DNA of 64,000 nt from Candidatus Latescibacterota bacterium (GCA_965222605.1 OZ244960.1:5664001-5728000), one strand, 5' to 3'. Numbered from the stretch's first letter, positions 1 to 10,770 are shown. Notes: generated from the sequence alone by a model not told the origin. Made by a program: numbers and translations.

Positions 1-1811
1 TGGCGAAGCCGTATGTAGTAGGCATTCTCTTTGAGCGGATGCTCATCCACGTAAGTCAGATCTACGTCCAGCGTGTTCGGACGCCAGGTCTTCAAGCGTC
101 GATCATTCCGGATGAGATCTACGCGCTGCACTGTTGAGCATGCGTGAGCTACCACACGAACTCTGGCTGGGCCTGAAAGCTGTATCTCGCTGCCAGCGGG
201 ATTGCCCTCTAGCGAAACCATCAGAATGATTCGAGCCCCAGTCGTTGCAAAGGTTCGTTTTTCAGCGACAGCTTGCCAGATGGCCTTTCGTTCACAGCGA
301 GTGGCCCACACACCTGCCAGAGGACCCGATCCAAATCCGGTGTCACGGATGTTGAGCACCTTGTTGAACCGACCCCGGAAGCAATGGGGAGCCATTGGGG
401 CGCCCAGTGTGGGCAGATGGATATCTCCCGATCCGATAACGGCTGGTCGATAGCCGTACCTTAGTGCCTTCTGCAGGAGCCACTCGAAAGCGCCGTGACC
501 GCTGGCCACTTCCAGCAGTGGTTCGACATTTGGCCGAAATTCGTCCCAATTTGGCGGCCCCCCTCCAACGTGGGATTCAAGAAGAACATCCTCCCGATCT
601 CCGTAGGTTTCCAGCAGGGTTTCCTTCGACGAAAAGGTCGGCAGGTACCCATCTTCCATCTCCCGGAACACAACGTTTCGGTCCCCTCCAGAGCGCGTGT
701 GAACTTCCGATGCCAGGAAGGGCACATATATTCCGGGCTCATCATGATTGGTATATGCCTGTTGAAAGGCTTCCCACAGTTCAGGTTCGTCAGCCTGATC
801 TGGTGGCGACATGGGCCCCGGAGCCGCAAAATCCAGCCGTCCCACTTCGCGGGCTTGCCTGTGTCGGGCATCCGGATCCAGCTTGAAACTGGGCTCGTCC
901 ATCAGCGCCATGGACGTATCGCCCCAGGCGTGGGAGTGAAAGTCTCCCCAGAGCAGCCGGAAGTCCGGAGACTTCCGGCAGAATATCGGATTGCTTCTGG
1001 CTCGAAGGTCTCCATCCCTCGCTTCAAGGCGATAAACGCCTGGGTGGCCAATCTGAACGTCCTCCAACCTCAGGACGCCGTTATGTACTGGCTCAAACAC
1101 CGCTCGATCCGGCAGGCCCGATACGTTGTCGGGGGCAGTTAACTGGACGACGCCCTGATATTGTTCACACACATTTCGATGGATATCGAAAGCGACCAGA
1201 TTGAGGTGAAACGATTCGCCCTGTTCGACAATGGATGGTCCCAGGATTCGCAGCATATCTGCGGATGCTTCTGAAGTAATGCGAATCCGGGTCTCTCCAC
1301 CCGCGATGCTGACAAATTCACGGCCGCCATTGCGATCTACCGCTGCCTCCAGTCGCGCCATTGTAGTCGAGTCATAAACTTCAGCACCTGGACCACCCCC
1401 GCAGCGATCACCGATTCGCAATCTGACCCAATCTCCCTTTCGAAGGATCCCTTTCGACACTCGAACCCTCGCAACTTCGGGTTCGTGACCATGGTCGGAA
1501 TTGACAGCCAGGTCCAGCCTGGCGTCAGAATTTGACTCCATTGTCACATAGTCGCGTCCCAGTGGGTTATTCAGCTGAGGGGCGTGGCCCATGAGGAATC
1601 CGCGGCGGAAGAAGCAGAATCCTCCACCATCCTGCACATCCGCTGCAGCAGTAAATGCGATCTCCCATGTGCCGACTTTCCCAGCAGGCAGATTGAATGT
1701 GGATCCCGATGCAACAGAACCATCTGCACCTCGAAACAGGACCTCAAATCCGTCGGGTTCATCCCCGGGAATCGAGGCTTGGATCCACTCTATGCGAGCG
1801 TTTTTTGACAT
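1..1811 (-). CDS. DUF3604-like (PHP-fold/CehA-McbA-type) metallohydrolase, paralog of 5921..8161; 3' end runs off the window
   Basis: Absent from the ORF track because it has no stop in the window. Hand translation from ATG 1811 gives MSKNARIEWIQASIPGDEPDGFEVLFRG...LLWGDFHSHAWGDTSMALMDEPSFK...ENAYYIRLR, colinear with the 746-aa ORF (LLWGDLHCHGWGDISM...EGAYYVRLR). Same frame at both ends. Confidence 0.85.
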   Translation of the reverse strand, partial: MSKNARIEWIQASIPGDEPDGFEVLFRGADGSVASGSTFNLPAGKVGTWEIAFTAAADVQDGGGFCFFRRGFLMGHAPQLNNPLGRDYVTMESNSDARLDLAVNSDHGHEPEVARVRVSKGILRKGDWVRLRIGDRCGGGPGAEVYDSTTMARLEAAVDRNGGREFVSIAGGETRIRITSEASADMLRILGPSIVEQGESFHLNLVAFDIHRNVCEQYQGVVQLTAPDNVSGLPDRAVFEPVHNGVLRLEDVQIGHPGVYRLEARDGDLRARSNPIFCRKSPDFRLLWGDFHSHAWGDTSMALMDEPSFKLDPDARHRQAREVGRLDFAAPGPMSPPDQADEPELWEAFQQAYTNHDEPGIYVPFLASEVHTRSGGDRNVVFREMEDGYLPTFSSKETLLETYGDREDVLLESHVGGGPPNWDEFRPNVEPLLEVASGHGAFEWLLQKALRYGYRPAVIGSGDIHLPTLGAPMAPHCFRGRFNKVLNIRDTGFGSGPLAGVWATRCERKAIWQAVAEKRTFATTGARIILMVSLEGNPAGSEIQLSGPARVRVVAHACSTVQRVDLIRNDRRLKTWRPNTLDVDLTYVDEHPLKENAYYIRLR

Positions 1812-3091
1812 ACGGTATCATCCGTTAATTCAGAAAGCCGCGAACGGTTGTCATATACCTTCTGAAATGCCTCTGCCGTTTGTTCGACCCAGATCGGATC
1901 GGGATCTACAGGGGTGGACAGCCAGAAGCACGTGCCATGTATCCTTTCGCTGATCGGCAGGCTGCCCGGTCGATACGATTTCCTCACGTTATCTGGAAGA
2001 TATCCCCAGGGACCCCCAAGGCCCTCGAATGAGAAATCGTTGAACAGTGACTCCAGATGCATCACACCATACCCGTAAGGCGTTATCTCCGGTTTTGTCC
2101 GCACCCCTTCGGCTACCAGCGCTTTCAGAACCTTCGACACGGGTACTCCATAGACTTCAGGATCGACCAAACCCACATACAACAGGAGACCGCCGCGGGT
2201 AGCCTTTGGATAGACCTTCTGAGTCTCAACTCCCTCTACATTCTCGAGAAGCTCGTCCATTTGTGCAAACCACTTTCGGCGCTTTTCGTTGAGCTCTGAC
2301 AGGCGTTCGAGCCGTCCTCGAGCCATCGCGATACCAAAAGGATTCGCCCTGTATTTGACGCCCAGGCCCATGTTGTGCAATCCCGTAAACCGATCGGTTT
2401 TCCACGATTCCCCGCAACGACCGTACTGTCCCAATGCCATCATCCGGTCGTAGAGATCATCGTCATCTGTCACCACCACCCCGGCCTCCAATCCCGTAAC
2501 CGGCTTGCTGCCCTGAAGACTGAAGCATCCAATGTGGCCAATGCTGCCCACTGGCTTGCCATCCCACAGAGCGCCGTGTGCGTGAGAGGCGTCTTCAATC
2601 AGCTTGATATCGGTTCCGGCGATCAGGTCCAGCAGTCCATCCATATCCGCCGGATTCCCGTAGACGTGTGTGACGACAATCGCGCATGTCCTGTCTGTGA
2701 TTCGTTGCTTTACATCTTCCGGATCCGCACAGAAGGCGTTCGGGTCCACCTCGCAGAATACTGGTGTTGCGCCGCAATGGAGGATGGGTGAAATCGTGGC
2801 ATGCCAGGTGACTGATGGCACGATCACTTCTTTGCCAACACGGGCGCCCGCAGCAAAAATGGCCGAGTGCAAAGCTGCGGTTCCGTTGCACGTACAGATC
2901 GCGTGCTGGGTCTTTACCAGTTTGCTGAAATCAGATTCGAAGAGCTCGAGATGTCGCCGGGCTTTCTTCGGATCGTCCAGCACCTCGTTTACGTACGACT
3001 TTTCAAGCGGCCCGATATTTTCCCACCCATCCCCTACCGGAGCCGTAACGGCCTTTGGGCCTCCTTCAATTGCCAGAAGTGATTGTGCCAT
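1790..3091 (-). CDS. DegT/DnrJ/EryC1/StrS family PLP-dependent aminotransferase
   Basis: CNGTAALH, IEDASHAHGA, and FSLQGSKPVTGLEAG with the PLP lysine; 433 aa; AGGAG RBS. Confidence 0.92.
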   Translation of the reverse strand: MAQSLLAIEGGPKAVTAPVGDGWENIGPLEKSYVNEVLDDPKKARRHLELFESDFSKLVKTQHAICTCNGTAALHSAIFAAGARVGKEVIVPSVTWHATISPILHCGATPVFCEVDPNAFCADPEDVKQRITDRTCAIVVTHVYGNPADMDGLLDLIAGTDIKLIEDASHAHGALWDGKPVGSIGHIGCFSLQGSKPVTGLEAGVVVTDDDDLYDRMMALGQYGRCGESWKTDRFTGLHNMGLGVKYRANPFGIAMARGRLERLSELNEKRRKWFAQMDELLENVEGVETQKVYPKATRGGLLLYVGLVDPEVYGVPVSKVLKALVAEGVRTKPEITPYGYGVMHLESLFNDFSFEGLGGPWGYLPDNVRKSYRPGSLPISERIHGTCFWLSTPVDPDPIWVEQTAEAFQKVYDNRSRLSELTDDTVCQKTLA

Positions 3092-3188
3092 GGTATTCTC
3101 CTAACGTAATCTCTGATGCGACTACCCTGGTTGAGATTTTTGGAATCAAAATACGAACTCTATCGATCCCCAGTAATAAATACGATTT

Positions 3189-4472
3189 CTACCCGTTCGG
3201 TTGCCCGACGTAATCAGAAAGGTCTGCGATGAACAGCTGCCGTGCGCCTTCGAAAGCCGCCTGAAAACAAACCTTCCTGTAATCTCGGCTCCAAACGGGA
3301 TGTCCATCCAGGCGAAGAAACGGGTCTTTTTCCGGTTTCTTCTCGATCGTTGGCAAAATCGCGATGTTCATGTGCTTTTGCTCCACGAGATCTGCGAGAC
3401 GCAAAACGATCGTGTGACCTTTGTCGATTTTCTCGTCTGTAAAGATGTATCTTCCAGTCGGATCAATGCTCGCGTGCCCCCCTCCAATCAGCGACTCGCC
3501 GAGAATTTTCCGCTCTGTACCGTTAGATCGTATTTGGCAGTATCGTCCATCCTTATTTTCATCCAATACAATTCTGATCAGGTGTTCGCCGTCCGGGTGC
3601 CAGTTGGCGTGACCCCCTTTCGCTCCCCACGGCGAAGTAAAGGGAAGGTACTGAATGTCGCTCCCATCGGGATTGAAAGTAAACGTTGAGGGATTTCGCT
3701 TTCCCCAACCGTCTGGAAACACACAGCGCAGAACCTGCATGATCCGGGTACCCTGTTGGTTGAACTTCGAATGCCAAAAGTAGAACGTACCATCCTCTCT
3801 GGGAGCCGGATCAGGAAGCCTGGAGGCCAAATCCGCCAGGCTCACGATCAAGCTCCGCTGATTCGTTTTCAGGTCCGTACGCCAGATGCCTTCACTCTTC
3901 GAGGTGCCCGGAGGCAGCTTTTGCGGTTGGTCCGGATTCTTACTCGGGACTCCGTAACCGAGCTGTGTAATATCCATCAGTTCAAGAGGAAATCCGACAA
4001 CACAGGATTCATCGGGAGCAATGGTGTACATCGGACCCGAATACGTCGTTGTTTGACCTGACTCAAGGTCAATGCGTACGCAGACCGCCTCACCATCTAC
4101 GACATCATTCGTATACAGGTGCCGATCCGTGCTGCCCCAGTTGAGCAAGGCGCCGGTTTGAAATCCCCAGCACTGGGTGGTATATACCGTCTCAATCGTC
4201 TCCTCTTCCAGGTCGATCACACAAACATCTGCGATATCACCCAGCACAGGCATCCGATCCTGATAAGGCAAACGCGTAGTGGCCAGGAGACGTTGTGACG
4301 GGCTGAAGGGACAGACGTCAAAATAGGTGAAAACATAGAACCCATCGTCGGGTGTAACTCTCGTCACAGGTGCTGTACAGGTATCAGAGCAATATGGCTC
4401 GAACGAATAGTGCCGTTTCATAGTCCCTCTCAGTACTGGAGAATCATTCTGCAGGGTTGGATTGGCCATCAA
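3189..4472 (-). CDS. beta-propeller protein, oligogalacturonate lyase/TolB-like
   Basis: 427 aa with propeller-type motifs (YFDVCPFSP, HANWHPDG, DGHPVWSRD...QLFIADL); overlaps the sulfatase stop, so likely operonic. Confidence 0.6.
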   Translation of the reverse strand: MMANPTLQNDSPVLRGTMKRHYSFEPYCSDTCTAPVTRVTPDDGFYVFTYFDVCPFSPSQRLLATTRLPYQDRMPVLGDIADVCVIDLEEETIETVYTTQCWGFQTGALLNWGSTDRHLYTNDVVDGEAVCVRIDLESGQTTTYSGPMYTIAPDESCVVGFPLELMDITQLGYGVPSKNPDQPQKLPPGTSKSEGIWRTDLKTNQRSLIVSLADLASRLPDPAPREDGTFYFWHSKFNQQGTRIMQVLRCVFPDGWGKRNPSTFTFNPDGSDIQYLPFTSPWGAKGGHANWHPDGEHLIRIVLDENKDGRYCQIRSNGTERKILGESLIGGGHASIDPTGRYIFTDEKIDKGHTIVLRLADLVEQKHMNIAILPTIEKKPEKDPFLRLDGHPVWSRDYRKVCFQAAFEGARQLFIADLSDYVGQPNG

Positions 4473-5832
4473 AGATTACCATTTCTCCATTATACCATTT
4501 GTATAAAAGCCATTTGCTCAGCGCCTGCCCATCTCCAATTTGCCACGCCCAATCTTCGAGTTTCCTGAACAGCGTCCGCAGCACTTCTTCCAGCCCGGGT
4601 CCGCGAAACCTGTTGTTTATTTCGTCCGGATCAGAGGGACGATGATAGAGTTCCGGGGGTCGCTCCGAGTTGACGATCAGTTTCCATTCATTTGTTACAA
4701 TACACCTTTCAAACATCGTAGGGTCACTTTCCGGAGGACAGTAGCGACCATCCTGACGATATGGATGGTTCTGAATATAAACAGAATCGCGCCATGGACC
4801 TTTGCCAGAAAGCAGGAGTTCTCTCGCGCTGTGTCCGTGCAGGCCAGCAGGAATGTCTAGCCCGCAGAGATCCAGGATGGTGGGCACCAGGTCTGCGTGA
4901 CTGACGAGCTCGCTTCGGACTCCAGGTTTGATCTTTCCGATCCAGTGGAAGATCAGAGGAATTCTGCTCGCCGTGTCGTAGCAATTCCGTTTTGGCTGAG
5001 GATTCCATCGGTAGACAAAATCATGTCCGTGATCCGATGTATATACAATCAAGGTGTTTTGCTCGAGGCCTAAAGCATTCAGGACATCCACCATCCGGCC
5101 AACGTTTTCATCAATTCTGTTAACCATTGCATAGTACGTGGGATACTGGACCTTTCCCTGAAACCGCTCGCAGTTTTCCCGGGGGGCGGTCCACGGTGTG
5201 TGTGGAGGCCGGAAAGATACGATCAAGCAGAACGGATTCTGGTGGTGTTCGCGAATAAACTGGATTCCGTGGTCGAACTCGAAGTCAACACGGTACTCGC
5301 CTGGTTCTTCACGACCAAAATCAGGAATTGCAGACTCGTGATTGTCGGGCACGGTCCATTTCTCCATGGGCTCTCCAACCCATTGTGATGCACCCCCGTC
5401 ATGACCTTGCCAGACATCAAAGTAGTCCGGAGGAGGCTGGATCGGTCTTCCTGATATAGGTCGATCGAAAGGCTCAGGCTTCGGACCCAGATGCCATTTA
5501 CCGACGTAGCCGGTGGTGTAACCTATATCGTGCAGGAGCCTCGGAAAAGATGTTGTGTGGTCGGTCAAAGTCACATCGTTGTCCCAGACCTCAGTCTTGT
5601 GGGGAAATAGTCCCGTTAGGATTGAAGATCGGGCCGCGGAACAGAGAGGCTGGGTCACAAAAGCCGATTCAAAACAGGCACCTTCACTTGCCAGTCGGTC
5701 GATATGAGGAGAAATCGCATTCCGATTGCCGTAACATCCCAACGAATCAAACCTCTGTTGATCAGGAAGGATTAGGATGATGTTGGGTGGTCTCCCCTCT
5801 GTCTCGCCTAGATTTTTACCTCTGGTCCACAT
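4444..5832 (-). CDS. sulfatase (Cys-type, formylglycine-dependent)
   Basis: PNIILILPDQQR, CSAARSSILTG (CxxxR), GKWHL, PPHTP, YTSDHG. Confidence 0.93.
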   Translation of the reverse strand: MWTRGKNLGETEGRPPNIILILPDQQRFDSLGCYGNRNAISPHIDRLASEGACFESAFVTQPLCSAARSSILTGLFPHKTEVWDNDVTLTDHTTSFPRLLHDIGYTTGYVGKWHLGPKPEPFDRPISGRPIQPPPDYFDVWQGHDGGASQWVGEPMEKWTVPDNHESAIPDFGREEPGEYRVDFEFDHGIQFIREHHQNPFCLIVSFRPPHTPWTAPRENCERFQGKVQYPTYYAMVNRIDENVGRMVDVLNALGLEQNTLIVYTSDHGHDFVYRWNPQPKRNCYDTASRIPLIFHWIGKIKPGVRSELVSHADLVPTILDLCGLDIPAGLHGHSARELLLSGKGPWRDSVYIQNHPYRQDGRYCPPESDPTMFERCIVTNEWKLIVNSERPPELYHRPSDPDEINNRFRGPGLEEVLRTLFRKLEDWAWQIGDGQALSKWLLYKWYNGEMVIFDGQSNPAE

Positions 5833-5920
5833 CCCCTATCTCCTGTTTTCCAGTGCCAGAATTCGACCCAAGAGCCAGTCGGTCTGTTTTGTACGCGCCA
5901 AAAGCGTCCAGAGACTCAAG

Positions 5921-8161
5921 TCAGAGATGCCCGCCAGACTCCAGGATATGCTCCTCCACTCTGGGAGGGGTCGGCCGGAGTCCAAAATCTCTCCACCCCC
6001 AGTCCACATGGATTTTGGGCATGTCGAATTCAAAATACCAGCGAATACTGATGGGATCTCGATCGGAACCAAAATATCCGAGGAAAAGCGCACATTTTCC
6101 GGTGACCTCCTCAATTACGTCGAAAGGGGTCAGATCGTGAAACTCATCGATCTCTTCTTCCACCTCCAGGTAGCGGTACAGATCGGCTTCGTAAGACTCC
6201 GCCTGGTTGGGCCTGAGGCTCGTGAGATCAAGAGGATCGTGCGCGTTCCACTTGGGTAGGTCATCTTGCTCAGATCCATCCGGACAGAAGGTCCAGATTG
6301 GCGTGGACCATGCATATTCACCGTCGACTTGGCGGAGACGAACGTAATAGGCTCCCTCTCGCAGCGGAATCTCGTCGGCGTAGGTCAGATCTATATCGAG
6401 TGCATCGGGATGCCATGAGTGGAGGCAACAGTCATTCCGAATCAGGTCTACTCGCTGCACGGGAGCACAGGCGTGCGCGCAAATGGTGATCTCAGCAGGA
6501 GCCGCGATTTTGGCCTCGCTGCCCGCAGTGTGTCCGTTGACATCCACGGTCAGGATGATGCGCGCCCCAGTGGTGGCGAAGGTGCGCCGATCCCGAATCG
6601 CCTTCCAGATTTCGTTACGCTCGCAGCGCGCTGCCCAAACGGCGGCGATCGGTCCGTTCCCATACCCGGTGTCTCGGAAGTTCAAACCAACATTGTGCCA
6701 CCTCCCGAAGTAGGCTTTGGCGGCGATTGGAGCGCCCATCGTAGCAAGGTGGGTGTCCCCCGATCCAATAACGGCTGGGCGAAAGCCACAGCGTAGGGCC
6801 CACTGGAGCACCCATTCAAAGCAGCCATGCCCGCTGGCGACCTCAAGAAGCGGCTCGTGACTGGGACGATAATCGTGCCATTGGGGGGGACCACCCCCGA
6901 TGTGGGCTTCAAGGATCACATCCTCCCGATCTCCAAACTCGGCCATCACTTCGTCCATAGTGCAGAAGGTGGGGTGGTAGGTTTCAGTCCATTCACGGTA
7001 GATCACGTTCCGATCCCCTCCAGGTCTCGGGTGAACCTCTGAAGCAAGAAAAGGAACGTAAGTCCCCGGCTCATCGTTGTTCCGATAGGCTTGCTGATAG
7101 GCACGCCACAGCTCCGGTCGGTCCTCATGGATTGGCGGGACGGCCGGTCCCGGCGCCCCAAAGTCCAGCCGGCCGACTCTCCGCAACTGTTCGTGTCTCC
7201 GCTCAGGATGAATCTTGAAGGTGGGATCGTCCAGTAGCGACATGCTAATGTCGCCCCATCCGTGGCAATGGAGATCTCCCCAGAGGAGACGGCGGTCGTG
7301 CTGTTCCTTGCAGAGGATGGGATTGCTCACTGCCCTTAGACCGTGGCGTTCGTCTTCCGCGATCAGACGGATAAGGCCGGGTTCTGATATGCGAATGTCT
7401 TCCAGAATCACGAGCCCGCTGTCACTGGAGCCCAACGAGATGGATTTGGGTAAACCCTCAACCGCTGAAATCGGACCAGAGAAGGCCACTCGAGCCTCAA
7501 ATTGCTCGCAGACGTTGTGGCTTGCATCGAAGGCCATCAGATGCAGTGCAAAGGCCTCATCGGGCGTAACGATCGACGGACCCAGAAGCCGAAGCAGCGT
7601 CGGCACAGGATTGGATGTGATGTGGATCCTACAAGGGTTGCAGGCCAGTTCTCGATAGACTCCATCCCCTATCCGATCCACGGCGCCGGTAATTCGACCC
7701 AGAGTCGTTCCGTCATAAACGGCGGTCCCCGCGCCTCCCTGGCTTGAATCGCCAATCTGAATGGTGAAGGAATCACCGGCCTTCATCTCACCCTCATCGA
7801 CCAGCACCTGGGCGAATCCCGGATGGTGGGACTGCTTTTCTGAATTGACGATCAGGCGTAAGGCCGCATCACATTGGGTTTTTAGAGTGACGAAATCACG
7901 TCCCTTTGGGTTGTAGTCCTGAATCCGATGCGAGAGCAGAAACGAGTGCCGCTGAAAAAGAAAACCGCCGCCGGCAGTTATGGTTTCTGATACGGTGGCA
8001 GTAATCTTCCACATCCCCAACTTGCCTGCGGGCAATTCCAGTTCGTGCCCACAGCTCCGTGAGCCGTCACCTCCGTGAAATTCGATCTCGAACGCATCGG
8101 GCTCGTTACCCGGCACAGGTTGGACTGTGATGCTGACGCGCTGCACTCGTGATTTCGGCAT
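5921..8161 (-). CDS. DUF3604-like metallohydrolase
   Basis: 746 aa; WGDLHCHG, GSGDTH, RRTFATTGARI, YYVRLRQVDGEYAWSTPIW. Confidence 0.8.
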   Translation of the reverse strand: MPKSRVQRVSITVQPVPGNEPDAFEIEFHGGDGSRSCGHELELPAGKLGMWKITATVSETITAGGGFLFQRHSFLLSHRIQDYNPKGRDFVTLKTQCDAALRLIVNSEKQSHHPGFAQVLVDEGEMKAGDSFTIQIGDSSQGGAGTAVYDGTTLGRITGAVDRIGDGVYRELACNPCRIHITSNPVPTLLRLLGPSIVTPDEAFALHLMAFDASHNVCEQFEARVAFSGPISAVEGLPKSISLGSSDSGLVILEDIRISEPGLIRLIAEDERHGLRAVSNPILCKEQHDRRLLWGDLHCHGWGDISMSLLDDPTFKIHPERRHEQLRRVGRLDFGAPGPAVPPIHEDRPELWRAYQQAYRNNDEPGTYVPFLASEVHPRPGGDRNVIYREWTETYHPTFCTMDEVMAEFGDREDVILEAHIGGGPPQWHDYRPSHEPLLEVASGHGCFEWVLQWALRCGFRPAVIGSGDTHLATMGAPIAAKAYFGRWHNVGLNFRDTGYGNGPIAAVWAARCERNEIWKAIRDRRTFATTGARIILTVDVNGHTAGSEAKIAAPAEITICAHACAPVQRVDLIRNDCCLHSWHPDALDIDLTYADEIPLREGAYYVRLRQVDGEYAWSTPIWTFCPDGSEQDDLPKWNAHDPLDLTSLRPNQAESYEADLYRYLEVEEEIDEFHDLTPFDVIEEVTGKCALFLGYFGSDRDPISIRWYFEFDMPKIHVDWGWRDFGLRPTPPRVEEHILESGGHL

Positions 8162-8257
8162 GGGTTCTCCTCAACAGCCGTTCGACGAATCACGGCGCCA
8201 GAACAAGTTCATGTTTAAGATTCGGTGGGTGGGATTCATTTGCAACTCGGTATGTGA

Positions 8258-9286
8258 TCAGAGACCACCGTTCCTCCATTTATTCAGGACATCACTGGCG
8301 ACTTTCATATTGAACTGGTGTCCGCCATCAAATTTGTCGACAAACAACCGATCCGAAGCGCTGGCTGCTCCATATGCCTTCCGCACTCTGACCAAGGCTC
8401 TCTCCGCCCATTCGTGTGGCACCAGTCGATCCTCCAACCCCCATTCAATCACCATATGGCGGGGGGCGATGAGAGAGAAGATCTCCGGAGTATCCCCATA
8501 CTGGAGAAGTCCCGGGATGAGTTGTGCGCCGCACTTCTTCAAAGCCTGATAACGTTCCTGGTACATGCTCAGGCAGCCCGAGGGTACGGCAATCTTGACC
8601 CGTGAATCAAAAGCAGAGATCATCATGGCCATTCGACCTCCGAGCGAAATCCCCGCACAGCCAAGCATCTCACTGTCGACATAATCAAGGGACTGAAGCA
8701 CATCGAGTGCCGCCTGTAGATCGCACAGATGTAGTGCCACAACGGTTGTGCCCATCAGCGTTGCACAAAGGTAGTTGCGCATGCAATAGTCAACCCGGGG
8801 ATTTGGATAATTGGGCCGTCGTTCGCCAAACCCGCGTAGATCGGGCATCAGGGTGACGTAGCCCTGCTGTGCGAATTTCTGGCCGAAGTTGTATCCCTTC
8901 GTAACAATTTCTTCTTTCCGCTCGGGTGAAATGTCGATCCCCGCCACACCATCTTTCCCAAACTGGCTGTGCCCGTGCAGGCAAAGGAAACCCGGAACCT
9001 GATTCTGTACCTCCTTGGGAACGAGCAAATAAGCCGGTACGAACACGTCCAGCTCCGTCTGGTAGCGAATGCGATGGCGTACGTGGTCCCCGCAATCCGT
9101 TTCAGTCAGGAATTCCAGAGAAAGGTCCGACCGTTCCGGGCGAAGGCCCAACAGTTCCACTACTGTTGACCGAAATCGATCCTGCCACCTCTCTAGTTCA
9201 TCGACCGTTGAGCCTTCGAATAGCATCGATGGCTCAAACTGATCCAGCAGTTGCGAAAGGTCATCTTCGAAGATGATGGGTCTCAT
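8258..9286 (-). CDS. alpha/beta hydrolase (dienelactone hydrolase/acetyl-esterase-like)
   Basis: LCLHGH, nucleophile elbow GISLGG, ED..V acid, FDGGHQF catalytic His. Confidence 0.85.
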   Translation of the reverse strand: MRPIIFEDDLSQLLDQFEPSMLFEGSTVDELERWQDRFRSTVVELLGLRPERSDLSLEFLTETDCGDHVRHRIRYQTELDVFVPAYLLVPKEVQNQVPGFLCLHGHSQFGKDGVAGIDISPERKEEIVTKGYNFGQKFAQQGYVTLMPDLRGFGERRPNYPNPRVDYCMRNYLCATLMGTTVVALHLCDLQAALDVLQSLDYVDSEMLGCAGISLGGRMAMMISAFDSRVKIAVPSGCLSMYQERYQALKKCGAQLIPGLLQYGDTPEIFSLIAPRHMVIEWGLEDRLVPHEWAERALVRVRKAYGAASASDRLFVDKFDGGHQFNMKVASDVLNKWRNGGL

Positions 9287-9601
9287 TGTCCAATCTCGGT
9301 TAGGCTCGAATGCGGCTCTCTCTCAATCTGGCAAAGATTTGTTCTGAGCAGCACTCTATTTGGTGAAGCCGCGAGGAGAGAAGTGGTTGGAGATATCCAG
9401 TGATCTAAATGTGCCACTTGTTAGAGTAGTAATTGCTTAAACATCTTCAGTATAAAATTTAATTCAGAAAAGCACAAGCGAATCCAAATCTCTTTGGGAT
9501 TCCCAAACCTTTTGTCGTGAATGTATGCGATTCCCTCTTCTGTCAAGTCCAGTTTTGTATTCCGAACATGTTCGCAGATGCTTCCTGTGGAGGCATCGTT
9601 T

Positions 9602-9859
9602 CTAATCAAATACCACCGCGTGCGCTTGTGGGCTTTCAATCGACAATGGGCAAATGAACCGTAGGCGGATGCAATTGGCGTGCGTCTGGTTTGCAAGCGC
9701 GGCCTCTTCGCGGAATTGGTCCGGGCTATAGTCCCACCAGGCCTGCTCGATGCGAGCGCCCCAGGATGGTACGATATTGAATCCGCGGAGCCAGGCGTAG
9801 TTCTGGTAGTGATGGAGTCTCACATTTGCTGATTCTGCCATTGCTTCTATCCTTTTCAC
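9602..9859 (-). pseudogene. N-terminal fragment of a TIM-barrel glycoside-hydrolase-like gene
   Basis: WLRGFNIVPSW...WWDYSPDQFREEAALA...ANCIRL resembles the start of GH5/GH42-like proteins, then the resemblance stops. Confidence 0.45.
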
Positions 9860-10662
9860 AGGCTGTGAACCTGTGCAGCAAGTTCATCGATAAGTCTCAT
9901 GATTTCTTCATACTGCACAGTCAGGACATTTTCCGCTTGCGGGGGGTACAGAATAGCCCTGATCCGTTCAGCAAAATCTATGGGCTGAATGGCAAATTGT
10001 TCGACATAGTGCAGATTGTTCCCATCTCCCACATAGTAGGTCTCGTTGATAGCGAAGAGCACTTGCATTATATCATGCACCAGTCGTGCGGAAATGCCGG
10101 CGAGGAAGACCACATCGCCCCGCGCCAATTTGTTCCGGTAATGATAGTCAGATCGCCAGTAATTAAGCGATTCCATGTGCTTTTCAATGATCGCCTGCTG
10201 CAAAGCCAGAGGGTATGGGGTTAACCGCGCCTGCCATCCAGCAATAAGTCCGGATGGATCATCAATGACCATCTGATTGGCCAGGTCTGTCAGCAGATGA
10301 TACCCCCACAAGGTCCACACTCTTTCCTCCGGCAGCACTCGTCCACTTAACCAGTCATCCAGTTGCGTCTCGATCTGATCGACCGTGCGAATCCAGCAAT
10401 TGTCGATATCGACGCCTTGTATGCGCCACCTATCGACAATTTGAGCAAAGACCTTCCACTCTCCAGTCTCCCGAAACCCTGGCGCACCAACTATCTCATC
10501 GCAAAACATGCGGAAATCGACATCTGACCGGTTGTCAAATATACCCTTGCCGTGTGACCCCCCCAGGGTCACTGCGCAACGCCCCTTCGCCAGTGCTTTC
10601 AACGGCTGCACACATTCATCTATCACGGCTTGAACGCATGGATGTATTTGATTTTGCCGCAT
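9856..10662 (-). CDS. nucleotidyltransferase-fold protein (DUF4037-like)
   Basis: LGGSHGKG...SDVDF pol-beta NTase motif; C-terminal VLFAINETYY. Confidence 0.75.
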   Translation of the reverse strand: MRQNQIHPCVQAVIDECVQPLKALAKGRCAVTLGGSHGKGIFDNRSDVDFRMFCDEIVGAPGFRETGEWKVFAQIVDRWRIQGVDIDNCWIRTVDQIETQLDDWLSGRVLPEERVWTLWGYHLLTDLANQMVIDDPSGLIAGWQARLTPYPLALQQAIIEKHMESLNYWRSDYHYRNKLARGDVVFLAGISARLVHDIMQVLFAINETYYVGDGNNLHYVEQFAIQPIDFAERIRAILYPPQAENVLTVQYEEIMRLIDELAAQVHSL

Positions 10663-10674
10663 ATTTGTAGTCTT

Positions 10675-10770
10675 TTATACCAGTGCATCTTTGGCTTTGC
10701 GAGGCAGTTCGACGCGGATGAAATAAGATTCGGGATATAAGTAGTCTTCCCTTGATTCATCAATTTCTCA
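10675..10770 (-). pseudogene. C-terminal remnant of a small TA-associated protein
   Basis: The intergenic minus strand reads IDESREDYLYPESYFIRVELPRKAKDALV*, matching the IDESGEDYLYP tail of a family of small proteins; no 5' part present. Confidence 0.5.

Noticed and set aside
202-1142. Plus-strand ORFs including the 215-aa 495..1142
   Set aside because: Antisense shadows of the minus-strand DUF3604 paralog that runs off the window
9421-9696. 91-aa minus-strand ORF
   Set aside because: No recognisable motif, overlaps the GH-like fragment and lies in a scrambled junction; cannot be supported as a gene
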